Origin: Lingula anatina
Taxonomy: Eukaryota; Animalia; Brachiopoda
Assembly: GCA_051362555.1 (NCBI GenBank)
Contig: CM120640.1
Coordinates: 65,698,788-65,762,787, forward strand
Direction: 5' to 3'
DNA length: 64,000 nt
Below the pieces are notes generated by a model. It saw nothing but the letters and a program-made list of their open reading frames with translations, did not search any database and was not told where the DNA came from. Position numbers and translations under genes: made by a program. This document shows, one piece after another, positions 1-14,300 of the stretch (positions within the stretch are counted from its first letter, which is position 1; each line of letters opens with the position of its first letter).

Positions 1-64
1 GCGCTGGGGGCAAGCGGTGGCCGTGCAAATGTGACCATACTAGGGTCAAGGTGTTGGTACTTAC

Positions 65-1805
65 TCCCCCCTGATGTGTTAAGATATTGGCCTCTTGGCC
101 GGGAATCCCCAAGTTGTTCCTTTTTTGTTGATATTATTGACTTTATATCATCAAAAGACCGAAGTAGTTCAGGTTTCTGTTTAACACTAAAGTTGCCTCT
201 CTGTAATATAAAAAAAAACTTTGTTCAGATGTCTTGTTTTAACATTCAATTCATTTGAAAATCAATGTAATGTATAAGAAACCTGGGCTTGAAATAAAAA
301 AAGATGATGGCTGAAGAACATATCGAGTTAAAACGTTTTAAATGACGCTGCAACACGGATGCCTTTTCCAGAAATTTGGATAAACCATTAACAGTATCAA
401 TATCGGGTACCTTCACATTCATAACGTCTGTAGTTGTGGCATGGTTGTCCTTTTTCCATTTGGTTAATCCTCCGTCTAATACGGACACCTTGTCATGACC
501 AAATATCTACATCAAAGAAAGGATCACATATTGATGTCACACGAAGTATCTTCTACTTAGATGTAAATGTTTTAGCACTCTTTACATTCAAACGTGCGAC
601 TCTGTACAGGTACAGGTATTCACTGAGACAAGTATGGCAGTCTTAACTTTTTTCATCTCAATCAAGTACAATCATGAGGAAAAGCAGAAGAGGTAGGGTG
701 ACAGAAAAGCCTTAAGTCTACTGCAAACATATATTAAATAACCTCAGGTGAGGAACACGTTTCAAGGTCAAACTTCAAATAAGTTTATAGTTTACTGATA
801 ATCTTTTTTTTTTTGTTATCATTTATTAATTTTTTAAAGGAGGCGATGCACTTCGCTTAAAATTAAAATCATATTTCCAAATTTGATTGAGAAATAACTA
901 GCAGCTAGATATACTGTGGTCAGTCGATCTACTGCTTAAGGTACTTATGTAAAGAAAACAAAAAGACCCACTGTGAACATTTCTCTTGTTAACACGATTT
1001 TCAGAGAATATGCGCAAATATAATGAAATCATTTGCGGTCTCTGTCAATATTTATATGTTTAGCGAAAGATACTAATATTGACCATACTTTAGCTAAGAT
1101 GGCAATATGGTCTTTTCCAGATGACAGCGAATTTTGTCAAATGTAAGAAACTGTTCTTGAATCATTAAAAAAGAAGTTGTCGAAAAAAAGTGCCCCTTGT
1201 TTCTATAACCCCTGTATCCAGCCACGAATTTTCAGCCGAATGTTGGAATCTTGAGATCAGTTAGCCAATCAGAGGGTCAGTAACAGAACATTTAATTTAT
1301 ACAAAATCGCTTTACCTTAAACATCCACCACACTCTACAAGCGACATAAAACCCGTGTTTTCCTCCGACATTATTGTCGTATACTATCACGTGTGTATCA
1401 TCATCAATCCCGAGAATGCGGGCTTGTTCCTGGAATGCTTCAGCACTGGGGAGATTTCTGGGAAAATGCGGGGTGTTTTCTACTCCATACATTAAATCAA
1501 AATACAGGCTGCCTGGAATATGTTCCCTGAAAAAATATGGTCCATTGGTTAGGATTCATGGTGATAATCGCACAAAAAATTAATAACACGTATTGAGAAT
1601 TGCGTGCACCTGACATCGTCTCATGGTGTCTACTTGGACTTTCTCTGGATATACTAAAAATGACTTACTTGTAATAATCAGCCCGTGTGTTTTTATCACT
1701 ACTCCACGATACATCTAAAAGCCTGAACTCCTTGGAATTTTCCTCTTGTATCTTTGTCAAGTTATTCTGCAGCCACTCAGTTGTGATCAGGGTAGGGAGA
1801 GCCAT
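65..1805 (-). CDS. Rhodanese-family sulfurtransferase (TST/MPST-like), 5' part; continues off the left edge
   Basis: GT-AG exons 1669-1805 (MALPTLITTEWL...RLLDVSW), 1316-1526 (EHIPGSLYFDL...NLPSAEAFQEQARILGIDDDTHVIVYD...ACRVWWMFK), 411-506 (IFGHDKVSVLDGGLTKW) and 65-200 (...QLGDSRPRGQY) splice in frame. HIPG, RVWWMF and VSVLDGG are hallmark motifs of tandem-domain rhodaneses. Confidence 0.9.
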
Positions 1806-2313
1806 TATTTCAGCGTGAAATATCGGTGTTGATCTGACGTTGATCTAACAACCACTGTTTAACATGTAACGTAGTCCCAAACGTATGATTATATATACTC
1901 GAGATACTTATACCAGCAGAATGCAAGGTAACGCGCGCTCGCTAGAGGACCCTTAGCAAAGGGAAGGGTCACAGCGCTTGGGTGACGATGTCACAACAGA
2001 ATAGCCTGACTCTGCATTTTCGGAACATGAAACGTACCTATTGTGACGACCTACACAACCTTCAATATGTCTGTTTAACTTGGTACATCCCCTACCCTGA
2101 AATTGATCCCCGGTGTCACGTTCTTTGTCTGCTGTTCATTCTCAGATTACAATGACTATATGTAGAAACATCAGCCGACTTCGTTTACATGTTCAGTTGA
2201 TTTGAATCAAACGACATTAAAGGCAACAATAAATTTCAAACATTTTGTTCAGTTGGCTTAAATAAATAAATAAATCGTTTTGAAAATGCATCTATAAAGA
2301 ACAACTTCATGTA

Positions 2314-2414
2314 TGATAGATTAAAAATGCCCGAACTTTACGCTTGTGTGCCTTCTTCAGGGGCTAAAAATGAAGGCGCATTAGCCGAAAGCTCAGGCAT
2401 TTTTTGATCTATCA
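2314..2414. mobile_element. Palindromic remnant of Penelope-like element termini with hammerhead-like motifs
   Basis: Imperfect inverted repeat TGATAGATTAAAAATGCCCGAACTTT...AAAGCTCAGGCATTTTTTGATCTATCA. The minus arm carries CTGAAGA-AGGC; the plus arm carries TGA-AGGC-gcatta-GCC-GAAA-GCTCAGG. Confidence 0.55.
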
Positions 2415-4436
2415 AAATAGATCTTTTTAACTGCGTAATTTATTTATTTCTTATGCAAGATCAACGCGCAGATTATGCTTAATTCAGCCAGATTAAAATG
2501 AGAAATGGTTAGTTGCACCCTTTAACGTGACAATGCAGTAATTATCTTAAAAAGGAACGTTACATGGGTGTGATATTAAAAGGAAAATGAAAAATATAAG
2601 TATTTTAATAGCAAAGATTCCAGTGAAGACAGCTTTCACTCATGTATTTTGGTCACATCAAGAATTAAACCTAGGCCTCATAAAGGAAGATTGCCGTTTT
2701 TAACACGAACCGTAACCACAATCTTGGCGTTTCATTACACAATATATTTTTACACGGCAGCAATGCGTTCTAGACAATCTCAGCCTCATACGGAATGTAC
2801 CGAACGGGTAGATCAGCGGATAAACGGTTTGTGTTATGAAACGCTGTATTTGTGGCAAGTAATTTTACGTTGGGTTAATTGGGATAGTTAATTCGTAGCT
2901 GGAGGTGTTAATTTCGGTATTTGTGCTCGCAAATCTGAGGCATGAGTTATAAAACTCCTAATCCGTTTACAAGGTCCGATTTTCAGTACTTATTTTAGTG
3001 CTTTTTCAGAATCATATGAAAATTACCACATTACAAGTTTTATTTTCGTTTTGCATATCATATGAATAATGAATTATTTTACAGGAGAAAAATCACTAAA
3101 ACCAGTTCCATCTAAATTTAAGGAGGCCCTTGAAAGAAGAATCTGACGTATACAAATTTCCAGGCGGAAAACGGTGAAAGCAGTTGATAAAAATCTATTC
3201 ACTGTAGCTATTCTACGGAGTATTTAACCTTAACTTTACGAACTTCAATTAATCAAAAATATGGCTTAATACTGTTTTAATATTTCACACGTATATGCTA
3301 CTATGTATCAGAGTTGGTGCAATTTAAAAATGTGAGGTATAATAGTTCATTTGTTGCACATTTCAGTTTATTCTCACATGTTGAACAATACAACAACATC
3401 AACATAATTAGATGAATGACAAGATAATGTACAGAATATTGCACTCATTGAGTGAGCATAGTTCCTAAGAAGATCTGGAACAGATTTCTTGTGATCTGTT
3501 CAAGGACAATTAAAAAATCTAACGTTAAAAAACAATGACACAAGACATTTTGACGGACCTGTCATCTAGGCATCTTGATATATCGTTTTCTTTAACTTAA
3601 TTAAATATATGCATATACTAGGTTTGTACATGAAGGGGAACATTTATGAACCATTGCCTTTCAACATGAATATAACCAAAATCTTGGTGTTCATGACACA
3701 GCAAAGGGAAATCTTATGTCACTCACTGATCCCCATAACAGTTTTCTTTTTGCTGCCATGAGCATCTTACAATAACTCTTTGTGACATCCGATTTGTGCC
3801 ATTATCAAGTTGTCCTTGCACAGCCTTTAATTATTGCTTTCGTCAACAAAAAGCAGCAGTTCTCAGTGAATTATATCAGACCAGGCTGTGTATATCTGGC
3901 ATAGAGACAAGTGGCCGGGAAGTCACACAGAACATAACAGCTATCACTGCGAAATTACTGAAGCACACTGCTGTAAAAATTTTCTTAACAGATGAAAATA
4001 AGTAATGAAGAGCTGTACAACATTAATGCAATTCTTTCAGTGTAAACGGTATCAAATTTAGGAAGATCTAATCATAGGTTAAAATAGCACATGCTAACCT
4101 ATGTGTTTACTGACCGGTTCTAATACATATAAAAAATCACAAGTCTGAAAATGGTGTACTTCATCTTTTAAATGGGAAACTATGGACAATGCAATGCATT
4201 GAATGAGGCTTCTACTCCATGCAGACAGCCCTTGACCATGAATGGTTTTAACTAAACAGCACCATATTTGGGTATCACAAACACATCAATCACTGCCTGA
4301 AGCTGACAGGTTGCATGTGTACTAGCCATTTCTTTAGAACTCAGCCCTATGGATAAATGGACAACACAAGGCACATTTATTTCTAAAACTATTACAGATT
4401 GCAGGATCACATTACATAATCTGTGAATAATCACAT

Positions 4437-4441
<5 letters not shown>

Positions 4442-4475
<34 letters not shown>
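4442..4475. repeat. (TA)n microsatellite
   Basis: Pure TA run seen directly. Confidence 0.95.
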
Positions 4476-4478
<3 letters not shown>

Positions 4479-5308
4479 ATACTCACATTTGACATAAGCA
4501 CATGTGGTGTATTTCACTGACAGCAGCAGAAAGCTCCACTTTGATAAAACAGATACTTCCAGGAACATAATACAATGGCAGAAAGCATCTACAAAACTCT
4601 CCCTTCTGAATCTAGGTTAACCTTATTAACATTACACACAGAGAACATAAAGTTGTTAAGAAAATTAAAACCGATTAATGAAAATGTTGGAATAAATATA
4701 AATTCAGCCATCTTCCTGCCCATTTTAATTAGTGCATATACTAATGTCCAGTAATTGGGGGGTGGGGGCGGGTGGGGGTGGGGTTACAGTTACCTGCGTC
4801 TACCAGATTTGAAATGCACCTTTGCTGAAATATGGAAATACTACCACAACCCAATTAACATATGAAAGCACCTAATGTATATATAATGTAATATAGAACC
4901 ATATGTAGTGGCATGGCACTAAAATGCAACCCAAAGCATTAAAAAATCATTTTAGGCAAAAATACAAATACCACAGCACTAAGATCTGGCTAACAAAGTC
5001 CCAATTTCTCATGTAAATCTACTCTGGACACAAACAAAAAAAAAAAACATTTTAAGCAGCTACATAAACATCAAGGAATTTCAAACATGTTTGATCATTC
5101 TATTTCAGCTGTTTGTGTTACATTTTGTCTCAGATTCTGTGTCTGAATAGTTGGGCAGTGTAAGCACAAATAATCAGGGGTATGAAAATGGCAAAGCATA
5201 GCGAAAACTTAAAATTATGCAAGCATGGCTGCCTGGTTGCAAGAAAAAAGCAACCTGTACATATGATCAGTTTTTTCAATTACTTTACTTTGTATTTATA
5301 TCAGAATA

Positions 5309-8300
5309 TTATTTCCCAGTTCTTTGATGTTCTGATTTCAGCAGTTCTTCCTGCAGATGCTGTAAAGTCTTCATAAGTGACTCTCGCTCTTGTCGCATAC
5401 TAGCAATTTCTTCATTTTGATCCACCAGCTGTTCCATAAGCTGAGTTCTCTCCCCCTTCAGTGCACCGATCTCCACTTTCATCTCCTCCATCGCGCCATT
5501 ATCACCATAAGTAAGCCCACCTGAATGAGTGAATGAAGAGATCTTCTCAAACTGTTTCCTCAATGCCTCATTTTCCGATTCCAGTTCCTGAAGAGATTTT
5601 GCTGCATTGTCTTTTACCCTTTTTACCTCCTCATCTTCTTTGGACTGTACAAGACAGAGCTGTTCTTTCAAAGCCTCTTTCTCCTTCTGCAGTGTGCTGA
5701 TAGTGGCTTGGAGGAACTGAAGACTTATGTCAGGACTTGATGGGCTTACTGGACAGCTGGGTTCATCTGATGACTTCTCTGTACCATGTGGATCAGGAGG
5801 GACACCTGTCAGGTAAGAAGATTGCAGTGCAGCAAATGAATTGTTTGCCATAAATCTAAGAAGCTTTTACGTAATTGTGGCATTCAGTGATCATTATCAT
5901 ATTTAAATGCACAAATATACAGTTAATTCATTTATTTATTCAAATACATGTTTTCTAAATTGGTCATTTATAAGGGCAAAAAATAGAACTGCAAAATTTA
6001 AATTTCTTATCATTTTCTTAATACATTCATTACAGAAATAAAAAATATACATGAAAAAAAAGAATAACTTTTTTTCTCAGTTTAAAAATTCTAACATTGT
6101 ATATGGGCTAATGCATTTTTTTTATTTTGAATGCCATCCAACATCTACTACTTGTGAGTAGGCTGTTGACGTAACTTGTGGTTTTCTTACCCTTGATATG
6201 GAACACACCATCTTGTGTTCTGGAGATGATAGCATGCTCCACATGGAGGTCCAGGGGCACAGCTCCTGGGGACGTCACATTGACAGGGGGACGATCATCC
6301 TGGAAGTACAGATATACCAAATGAAATAAGTTCTGAAAAAATCAATAACAATCTACAAATCCACTGTTCTATTTTTTTAAAAACCCACATTTAATATGTA
6401 TCAAGTCAGACACAATTCCCTTAACCTTAAACTTCATTTTTTGAAAACACTCAGTATCAACATTAGTTAAAACTAATCAAATTTACACCAAATTATAGAA
6501 AGTTACCTCTAAAGTGACTGTTATGTTATTGACATCAATGACCATGGGCATGGCCGGGGGGACAATTTCATCCTCTATCAGACTGACCATCCCTTCTACA
6601 CTGGACATTGCAAGGGTAAGGTCACAGCCACTAGCATTCAGCAGCAGGAACCCTCTCTCCCCTGCCGTGGGTGCAAGACGCTCAGCATGGGGTCCCATCT
6701 CCATTCTCAGTTTGAAAGGGGCATCTGTTGGATGACTGGGGACTTCACTTAAATTTTTCCTTCCTGAAAAAGCAAATGGACAATAGCAACTGTGGGACTA
6801 GTTAAGTATTTTTATTCACTTGTTTGCAATTGTTTTTCAAATTCTTAAATCTTTTAGTAAAACTTTGCAATGGCACAAAAAATAAAAGATGAACACAACA
6901 TAAACTTGTAGAGTTGATAGAGTTGATCTGTCCTCTCTGGTAAAATGAGAACATTAACAAGGGTGATGACATAAAGAAATAAAAAAACTAGTTGATTACC
7001 TGCAGCAAATGATTGCTGAAATTCCTCCAACACAATATTGCCTTTGACAGCAGAGACCAGGTGGTCAAGACAGACCTTCACTACAGAGTCCTGACCACTG
7101 GACTGAAACATCACCTCAGTGTTCAGCAGATTGAATGTTGTCACAGATACCTGGATAGAATATAGCAAAACCTGCTGGTTATGTCTGAGAGATGTTACAA
7201 TGTAAAACATAATACAGTCAATGTACAACAATACAAAAAAAGAGTTCGACTACTTTGCTAGGTGTGATTTCAATTCTTTTGCATTAACAAAGTCAATTAA
7301 CATGTACTATAAAAAATAGAAATTTCCATGCAGCCAACTTTTGAATTTTTGCAAAGACAGTGTTAGGTGTAGGGGATTCTAACAAGTGGTATTTACGCAT
7401 TAAAAAGACTACAATAAACTGATAAGCTCAGCAAAATTTCAAGCAGTAAACTACATTGTTTTGTTCATACCAGGTCTCTCAACTTGTCCTGCACACTGCT
7501 CAGTGTGGTCACACTAGCAGTGTCTGGGTCCTGGGAGGCTGTGTCTGACCTTCCCTGACCAAACCCCACCAGACTGTCCACATCATCTTCCAGCGTGTCT
7601 GCCCCCAACAACACAAAGTCCTCGTCATCGTCAGACAGTCCGCTCCTTACTGACATCCTGTCCACCTCATCCTCCGAGTCGCGTTTCATCAGCCCCTGCT
7701 TCAGGCGACTAAATCTGTCCAAGCTCGGAAGAGAAAGGATACCCGACTTCTTCCCATCAGAAGAAGATCCAGATGGCCTCTTGGATCTCTCAGAAAGTTT
7801 AGGCAGAGATGGGTACTTCTCTGTCAGTGATCTGGACATGATCTGGCTTTGTTTCTCCACCATGTCAGTGTCACTGTGAACTCTCTCTAAGCTATGTCCA
7901 TCCGATGGACTTTTAGACTGCCCCTTGGTGACCTCGTGAGGCACATTTGTCATAGTAATGCTGCCATCATTTTTCACTTGCAAAAGCAGATCAACATCTG
8001 TCTGACCTCTTGTTTGACTACTGGTTTGTGCAGAAGCTTCAGATGTTATTTTCCTAGTCTGTTCTATTAACATCTCACTTGCAGTAGCTTCCAGAATGTC
8101 TGTATCACTGCGGGATCTGATCACAATGCCATCTGGTGAGAGCTGAATGTCCATTTTCTTCTCCTCTGAACTTGTTGGAATGGTAGACCTTGGGCTGGCA
8201 GAATTTTCTTTAAAAAAACAGAAAGAAAAAAATCAAAGAAATGCTGCAATATTATTTACTTATTTGATCAATTTTTAAGAAATAAAACTACAAAACCTCT

Positions 8301-11300
8301 GAACAAATGAAATTGCACAATATGAACAGTGCAAAATTCTGGTATCAGTGACGGCCTTTGGCAGACTTATGAAGACTACATCCACAAACACCAAGGTGCC
8401 TATACAAAAAAAAAAAAAAAAAGGCTGTCATAGTAGAAAGGGGAAATTACTGAGACAATATCTTTGGTTATGTAAGTTTCATTTTTGTTGACCATACCTC
8501 CTGATTCTTCTTGCCGTGCCATTCCATCACCTGACACCTCCCCCAGATCATCAGAATCTGTCCCTTCACGAGAAATGTTTGGCACCAATGTCTGCACAGG
8601 GGGAAACACAAGAGCCAGCTCTAATTCGGGCAAGACGAGACCAACACATATCTTTTTGGCCTCTATCTCCTTCTGCATAATGCTGATTGTATCCTCTTCC
8701 AATTTTTTCTGTAATTCTGTCACTGACTCAATCAGTCTCATCAGGAACAGAAACTGATAGTGATTGAGCTGAACACACACTTTGTCTGCAGTATCAACAA
8801 TTATATTCACATCACTTAACCTATCATTCTTATCTGGTGAATGACTTTCCTGAGTAGTATTCATCTCAAGGACACCGTTATTATTACAAGTCTTCTTCTC
8901 CGTTTCAGTTCTATTTCCCGTACCATCGCTAAGGTGTGGTAAGGCAACCCATAATGTCAGCGGGAAGGACTCCACAAAGGGGACCGGCCTGTGCTTTGAC
9001 ACCTGGACGCCACCAAAGTCCAGCCACAGTTGCTCAATCACTGCACACCATACGTCCTTGGTTCCATCATGTTTCAAGGCATTAGTCCCCAGTAGCCGAA
9101 GCAGTGGGGCACCTTTCAGTGGAGAGTTCTCATCAGCCGTACCCAACTTGGCATCTGTACTGACTCCATTTAAAACTGGTAAAGGGTTAAGATAGACACC
9201 ATGTTTCTTTGAGACATGTGTTGCATAGATGTCTGGCAATGACTCCAGATCCTCTTTCATGTTTGGAAAGCCTGTTGAGCAGAAGAGTTTGGCACTAGTT
9301 TGTTTCTTCACCAGTTGATCCAGGTGTGAGAGTGTGGCCTTGTCATTGTCCTCCACATTGGTGATGATCATCCTGGAAGCATGGATGTGTAGGCTGTCAG
9401 GACGATCTGGCTGGTCTTCTACTGACTTCTCAGCTGGCAAGATCAGCTGAAACAGTACATAAAAGATGATCTAAAAGCCACACTGTATGGTATTCAAACT
9501 TTGTTTTTGAGCTTTAGGGGGAGCAAATCAATTCATTACAGGGGCAGGTATGGCAAAACTATAGATCTTTAAGTCAGAGGTCAACAGTGAGCCTTCCAGG
9601 CCTGCAAAATCAATACTGACTGAAAATAATTTAGATTTTTGCATAAAGTAATTCCTAATGTAAAATATTGAACTTACAATTGTTTACATGGGCTGATATT
9701 AATCTGAAGATCATCAGTCCAAATGGAAAATATCTCTACAATTTTCATCAAGTTTAGAGTGTACTAAATGTGACTGTATGACTGCATAAAAATGCTTAAT
9801 TAGCAATGATATGTTGTTTATCAAGTACATAAACAAACCTTTGGCATCAGTAGGTCTATTCTGATATCCACATGCTCCTTTGGTCCATCTTCTATTTCTA
9901 TATCCTACATATAAATACAATCCATCACATATCACAGACTAGTTACTCAAGATGCACAATGCTAACTTTACATCCACTAATTCTGATCAATCTTTCCTTT
10001 TCTGCCAAAATAATTTTGTATTATAATTCACACTGGCCGTCACCTTGACCTGACGCTGGGATTTTCATACAGAGATGTGGGTTGAATTTCAAAAGGTGGT
10101 CAGTATGGTCAATATTATGATAGTATTATGATAATGTAGCTGTGGCTTATTAAGGTATGTGGATTTGGTTTGGTTGTGATCTAATGGCCGATTCCATTTT
10201 ATTTGAACTTTTAATGTATGTGACCAGAAGCTTTTATTAGTGAATAGTTACTATATGACATATTTTATTTGATTTGTGTTTGGTATTCTAGAGTATTTTA
10301 TGTGGTTTTTAGCTTCATTAACCGATCCAGGTGGAAGCCTAGTGCGCAATGATTTTTTTCTTTATAAATCTTGCAAGTATTATACAGCTAGTTGAGAGGC
10401 AAGCTGGCTTAGCTTGAAATAGCATACTCTTGGTTTAAAAAAAGGGTATACTGCAATGTTAAATTTTGTGAGAGCAAACTTACAGCAGTATGAGCTAAAC
10501 TTAGCATGAAAGCATTCAACCACAATATTGTCCTGTAGTCCACAGTCAACTGGAAGGGTGTCACCTTTACAAACAGATTGGAACTAGGCACTGCCAAAAA
10601 AGAACAGGAGTATAAACTAAACAAAATGCACACTTTGTCTAAGACTTGGCAATGATGCACACAGCAAGGAACATATAATTCTGAGAAGGCTTAAGTTCTT
10701 GGTTTATAGGAAAGAACTGCACGAAAAAGAGGTTTTAGATCCAATAACTCATCATCTAATTCTACCAAACAAAGCCCAATCAGTGTCAGATTCAGAAATC
10801 TAGTAAATAGATTTTCCTCATATACAAATTATCAGTGCCCTTACCTGGGTAGTCTACTCCTTGAGGAAAATAGTAACTTGTATACTCTACATGAATAGAT
10901 GACATTTCAGGAGGCAGGTGAAGGGATTTCTTGTCAGAGCAGAAAAACTTTTTTGGTCCTGCCTTCTTGTTGTCAGAAGAAGTAGAAACTTTATATAATA
11001 TAAAATCCTCCATTCTGAAGATAAAACAGCTCTCTAGCAGTTTGGCTGGTTTCTGTGGTTGCAGTTTGGTTGCTGATTGCACTTTTTGTCCATGGCTTTT
11101 ATGACCTTGAGCTCTGGGTGAATTATATTGATCTTGGGTAGACTGAGAGTGATAAGCTGCCTTCGGAGCATTGCTTGTGTGAAAGGGTGAAACAGGTGGG
11201 CTCTGCTTTGTAATCTCCCGGAGTTCTTCTCTGAATCTGTTCAGGAGGACTTGTGTCCACTCATTCCGAGCTTGTAAGTCATCATTGAACTTCACAAAAT

Positions 11301-14300
11301 GCTTCCTTTCATTGCCTGTTGTGATAAAATACTTTAATCCATGAATTACATGTAACTTGACTTAGTTTTATATAAAATTTCATCAGCATTTCTTCTTGTC
11401 TTTTCTGTCATATATTTACATTTTGTTCCTTTACATATCTATATAGAAGCACTAGTGATTTACTGTCAGTGAGAGTCAGGTGCAAAACAAAAAACATTTA
11501 AATCTGAGTAAAAATCTTGAGTCACTATAACCAGAAAGAAATATTCCATTCTGCAAAAGACAAAGCTTGAAATTATAAGAAGGATAAAAAGACTGACAAT
11601 AAATTCACAGTATTTGCCACTATCACCACTGACTTACTGGAGGGATGGAAAGGATAGTGGTCCAAAGATATCCTGTGTAGTGTTATCTGCATGGCACCAC
11701 CATCAAGGAGACTGCTCTTGCCTGGACAAGATGACCCTACAGATGGAAAAGAAAAGAATGAACAGAGTTAGGAACAATTCTGACTAACTTTCAGCAAACA
11801 CCTGTCTAAATATCTGTCTATCAACACTGTAGATTTGTCTTTCCTCTGTAAGTGAAGAAATTGAAGTACATGTAAATACACAGCTGAAAAGTGGCTTTAC
11901 TGATTTTTGTTTTGTCAACCATTTTAAATTGGATATGCTGTACCCTGGCAATCTTTGACTGAGAGAAATTGTTGTTTTTTAAATGTTCCACATCTTGTCT
12001 ATTTTATATGTCTAAACACATGATGCAAAATGTGAATATCTCAGAAAGGCTACTTACCCTCATTGCTATGGCTGAATTCATTGCACAAATGTAGGTCTAT
12101 CCTCCCCAAGAATATGTGATAAGATGTCTCAATCACATCATACTTATCAAAAAACTTTCTGAACTCCAAATGTTTACTGGAATGCTTTTCTTGTTGTTGT
12201 TGTTGTTGATGTTGCTGCTGTAGCTTAATATTATCTTCCTTTGAGCCTTGAATGTGACCTTGTTTCTACAGGAAAAATTCTAAAACTTAGTTTTCCATCT
12301 ATGTATGTGTGTATATTTCTAAACAATTCCTAAACAATTCACTAAAAAGTTGCATCATTTATAAGTATAAACCCTCCATATGTTAAACTTTTAGTATGAC
12401 TTAAACTTAAAAAGCACAATTAAGCCTCTTTCCCCTAACATTATAAGTATAACTTTTTACCTGTAGTTTTTCGAGTGCACTTTCTTTACTTTGATCTGCA
12501 GATTTTTGGAGCACTTCTTTCAAGGACTTCCCATACAGAATGACTGCTTTCAGTTGGGAGTCAGTCAGCACCCACAGTAAGTCATCCAAAATTAGCTGAA
12601 CTTTAGAGGAAACTATACTGCAGTCTGGAAATATGTTTCAATAAATGATTATCATTGCCTTGATTTAGCATTCAGTAGGATACAACAGTAAAGAGAGAGA
12701 AGTTTATAGAGAAAAACAAATCAATAAGAAAGACGATAAGTTATATATCAACATTTGAGGGCAAACATATACTTTGTCATGTATTGTAAAGTCACAACCA
12801 TATCACCTTGTGGCAATGCTATCAGGTTGTACAATAACGTATATATATATTTGACTTAAGTCTAGAGACAAGAAAATTAAATAAAAAAACTGGGTCAACT
12901 ACAGCCCACACACCTGACAGTGTCTTCTTTACAGTAATTCTTATCTTGGACTGATTTGTGATGAGTCTGAGAGGAGTGCTGGCCAAATCTGGGTCATGTG
13001 AGGAGAGAGCACTGGCTTCGATACGTAACGTCTGCCACTCCACTTCTTTGAACAGCAACAGGAGACCACGGTCTTGGTCTTTTATTCGGCCCTGGCGAAT
13101 GTCACTGACCTGACGCCATAATGGATTCTTACTCTCAACTCGGATTCTTGACATCTTAAACAGAATATTTTGCTTAGGATAAGAAATTGAAAAAATAACT
13201 GCAAAAAGGATATATGAAATGTAATCTGAATTCGAATCTAAACTGAATGCAAAGTAAATTAGAGGAATGCCCGTGTTTTTATGAAAAATATTTTAAATGT
13301 GATCACAAATATTAAATACATGATTTACAAAAAATTCAAAATCTTGAATGCTCCTTTCTATTTGGTTAAAATATACTCACTTGAATAGAACCATGAAAGG
13401 CATGTGCCTTAAAGTTTACAAGGACAGAATTCACTGATACAAACATTCCATCCACCACTTTGTCCAAAAAACCATATTTGCCTCCAGAGCTGGAAGGAAA
13501 AATATTCATTCAAAATAGTCATCATTGTAAATACATAACACTGATAAATTTCAGTTTAAAATCTTTCGTGGCAATATGGTGTTTAAAACCCCTAATCTAG
13601 CATATATCATGAAATTGTACTCATTACCATTCATATTTCTTATGCTTTCATGGTTAACAACACAGAAACAATTGTATCTTAAGACAAAATACAGCAATCT
13701 CTATCTGGAAAACAATACATTCAGACTTTTATAATCCATACATTGCACTCAATTTCAAGTTATTAAGAAAAACTGACAACCTTTCCATTACTGATGCTAA
13801 GAAATCAATCTCCTACTACAAATGTATCAATTATCATAAATAACTAAGTAAGTAATCAATAATCCTTAAGATCCTACATCTTTAAGTTAAAAGTCTTTGA
13901 ACATGCCTGTTAGCATAGTGATGAGACATCAAGTTAATTGTATGGCAATAAACAAAAGCATATTTTCACCCCAACACAGACACAGATAAATTGACTTCTT
14001 AACCACAACTTAATTATTTTGGTAACTCATAACTAACTAGCCAGAGTGCCAGTTGAGCTATTTTTCTACAAAGAAATCAAGCCAGGCAATTGTTGCATAA
14101 AATACTGACCTGTAGCTTGGCATGCCATCCAGGTTCTGTGGTTTCCTTGGCTCATCACAGGTCTCCATCTCTACTACCACCTCATCTAGATACTGAGACA
14201 AATTTAACAAATACAAACACAAACAGATGACAATATGCAGATAATGTTCAACTGCATGTGGTTTATACAAAACCTTGTGGTGGTTTGAAAAAAGGAAAGA

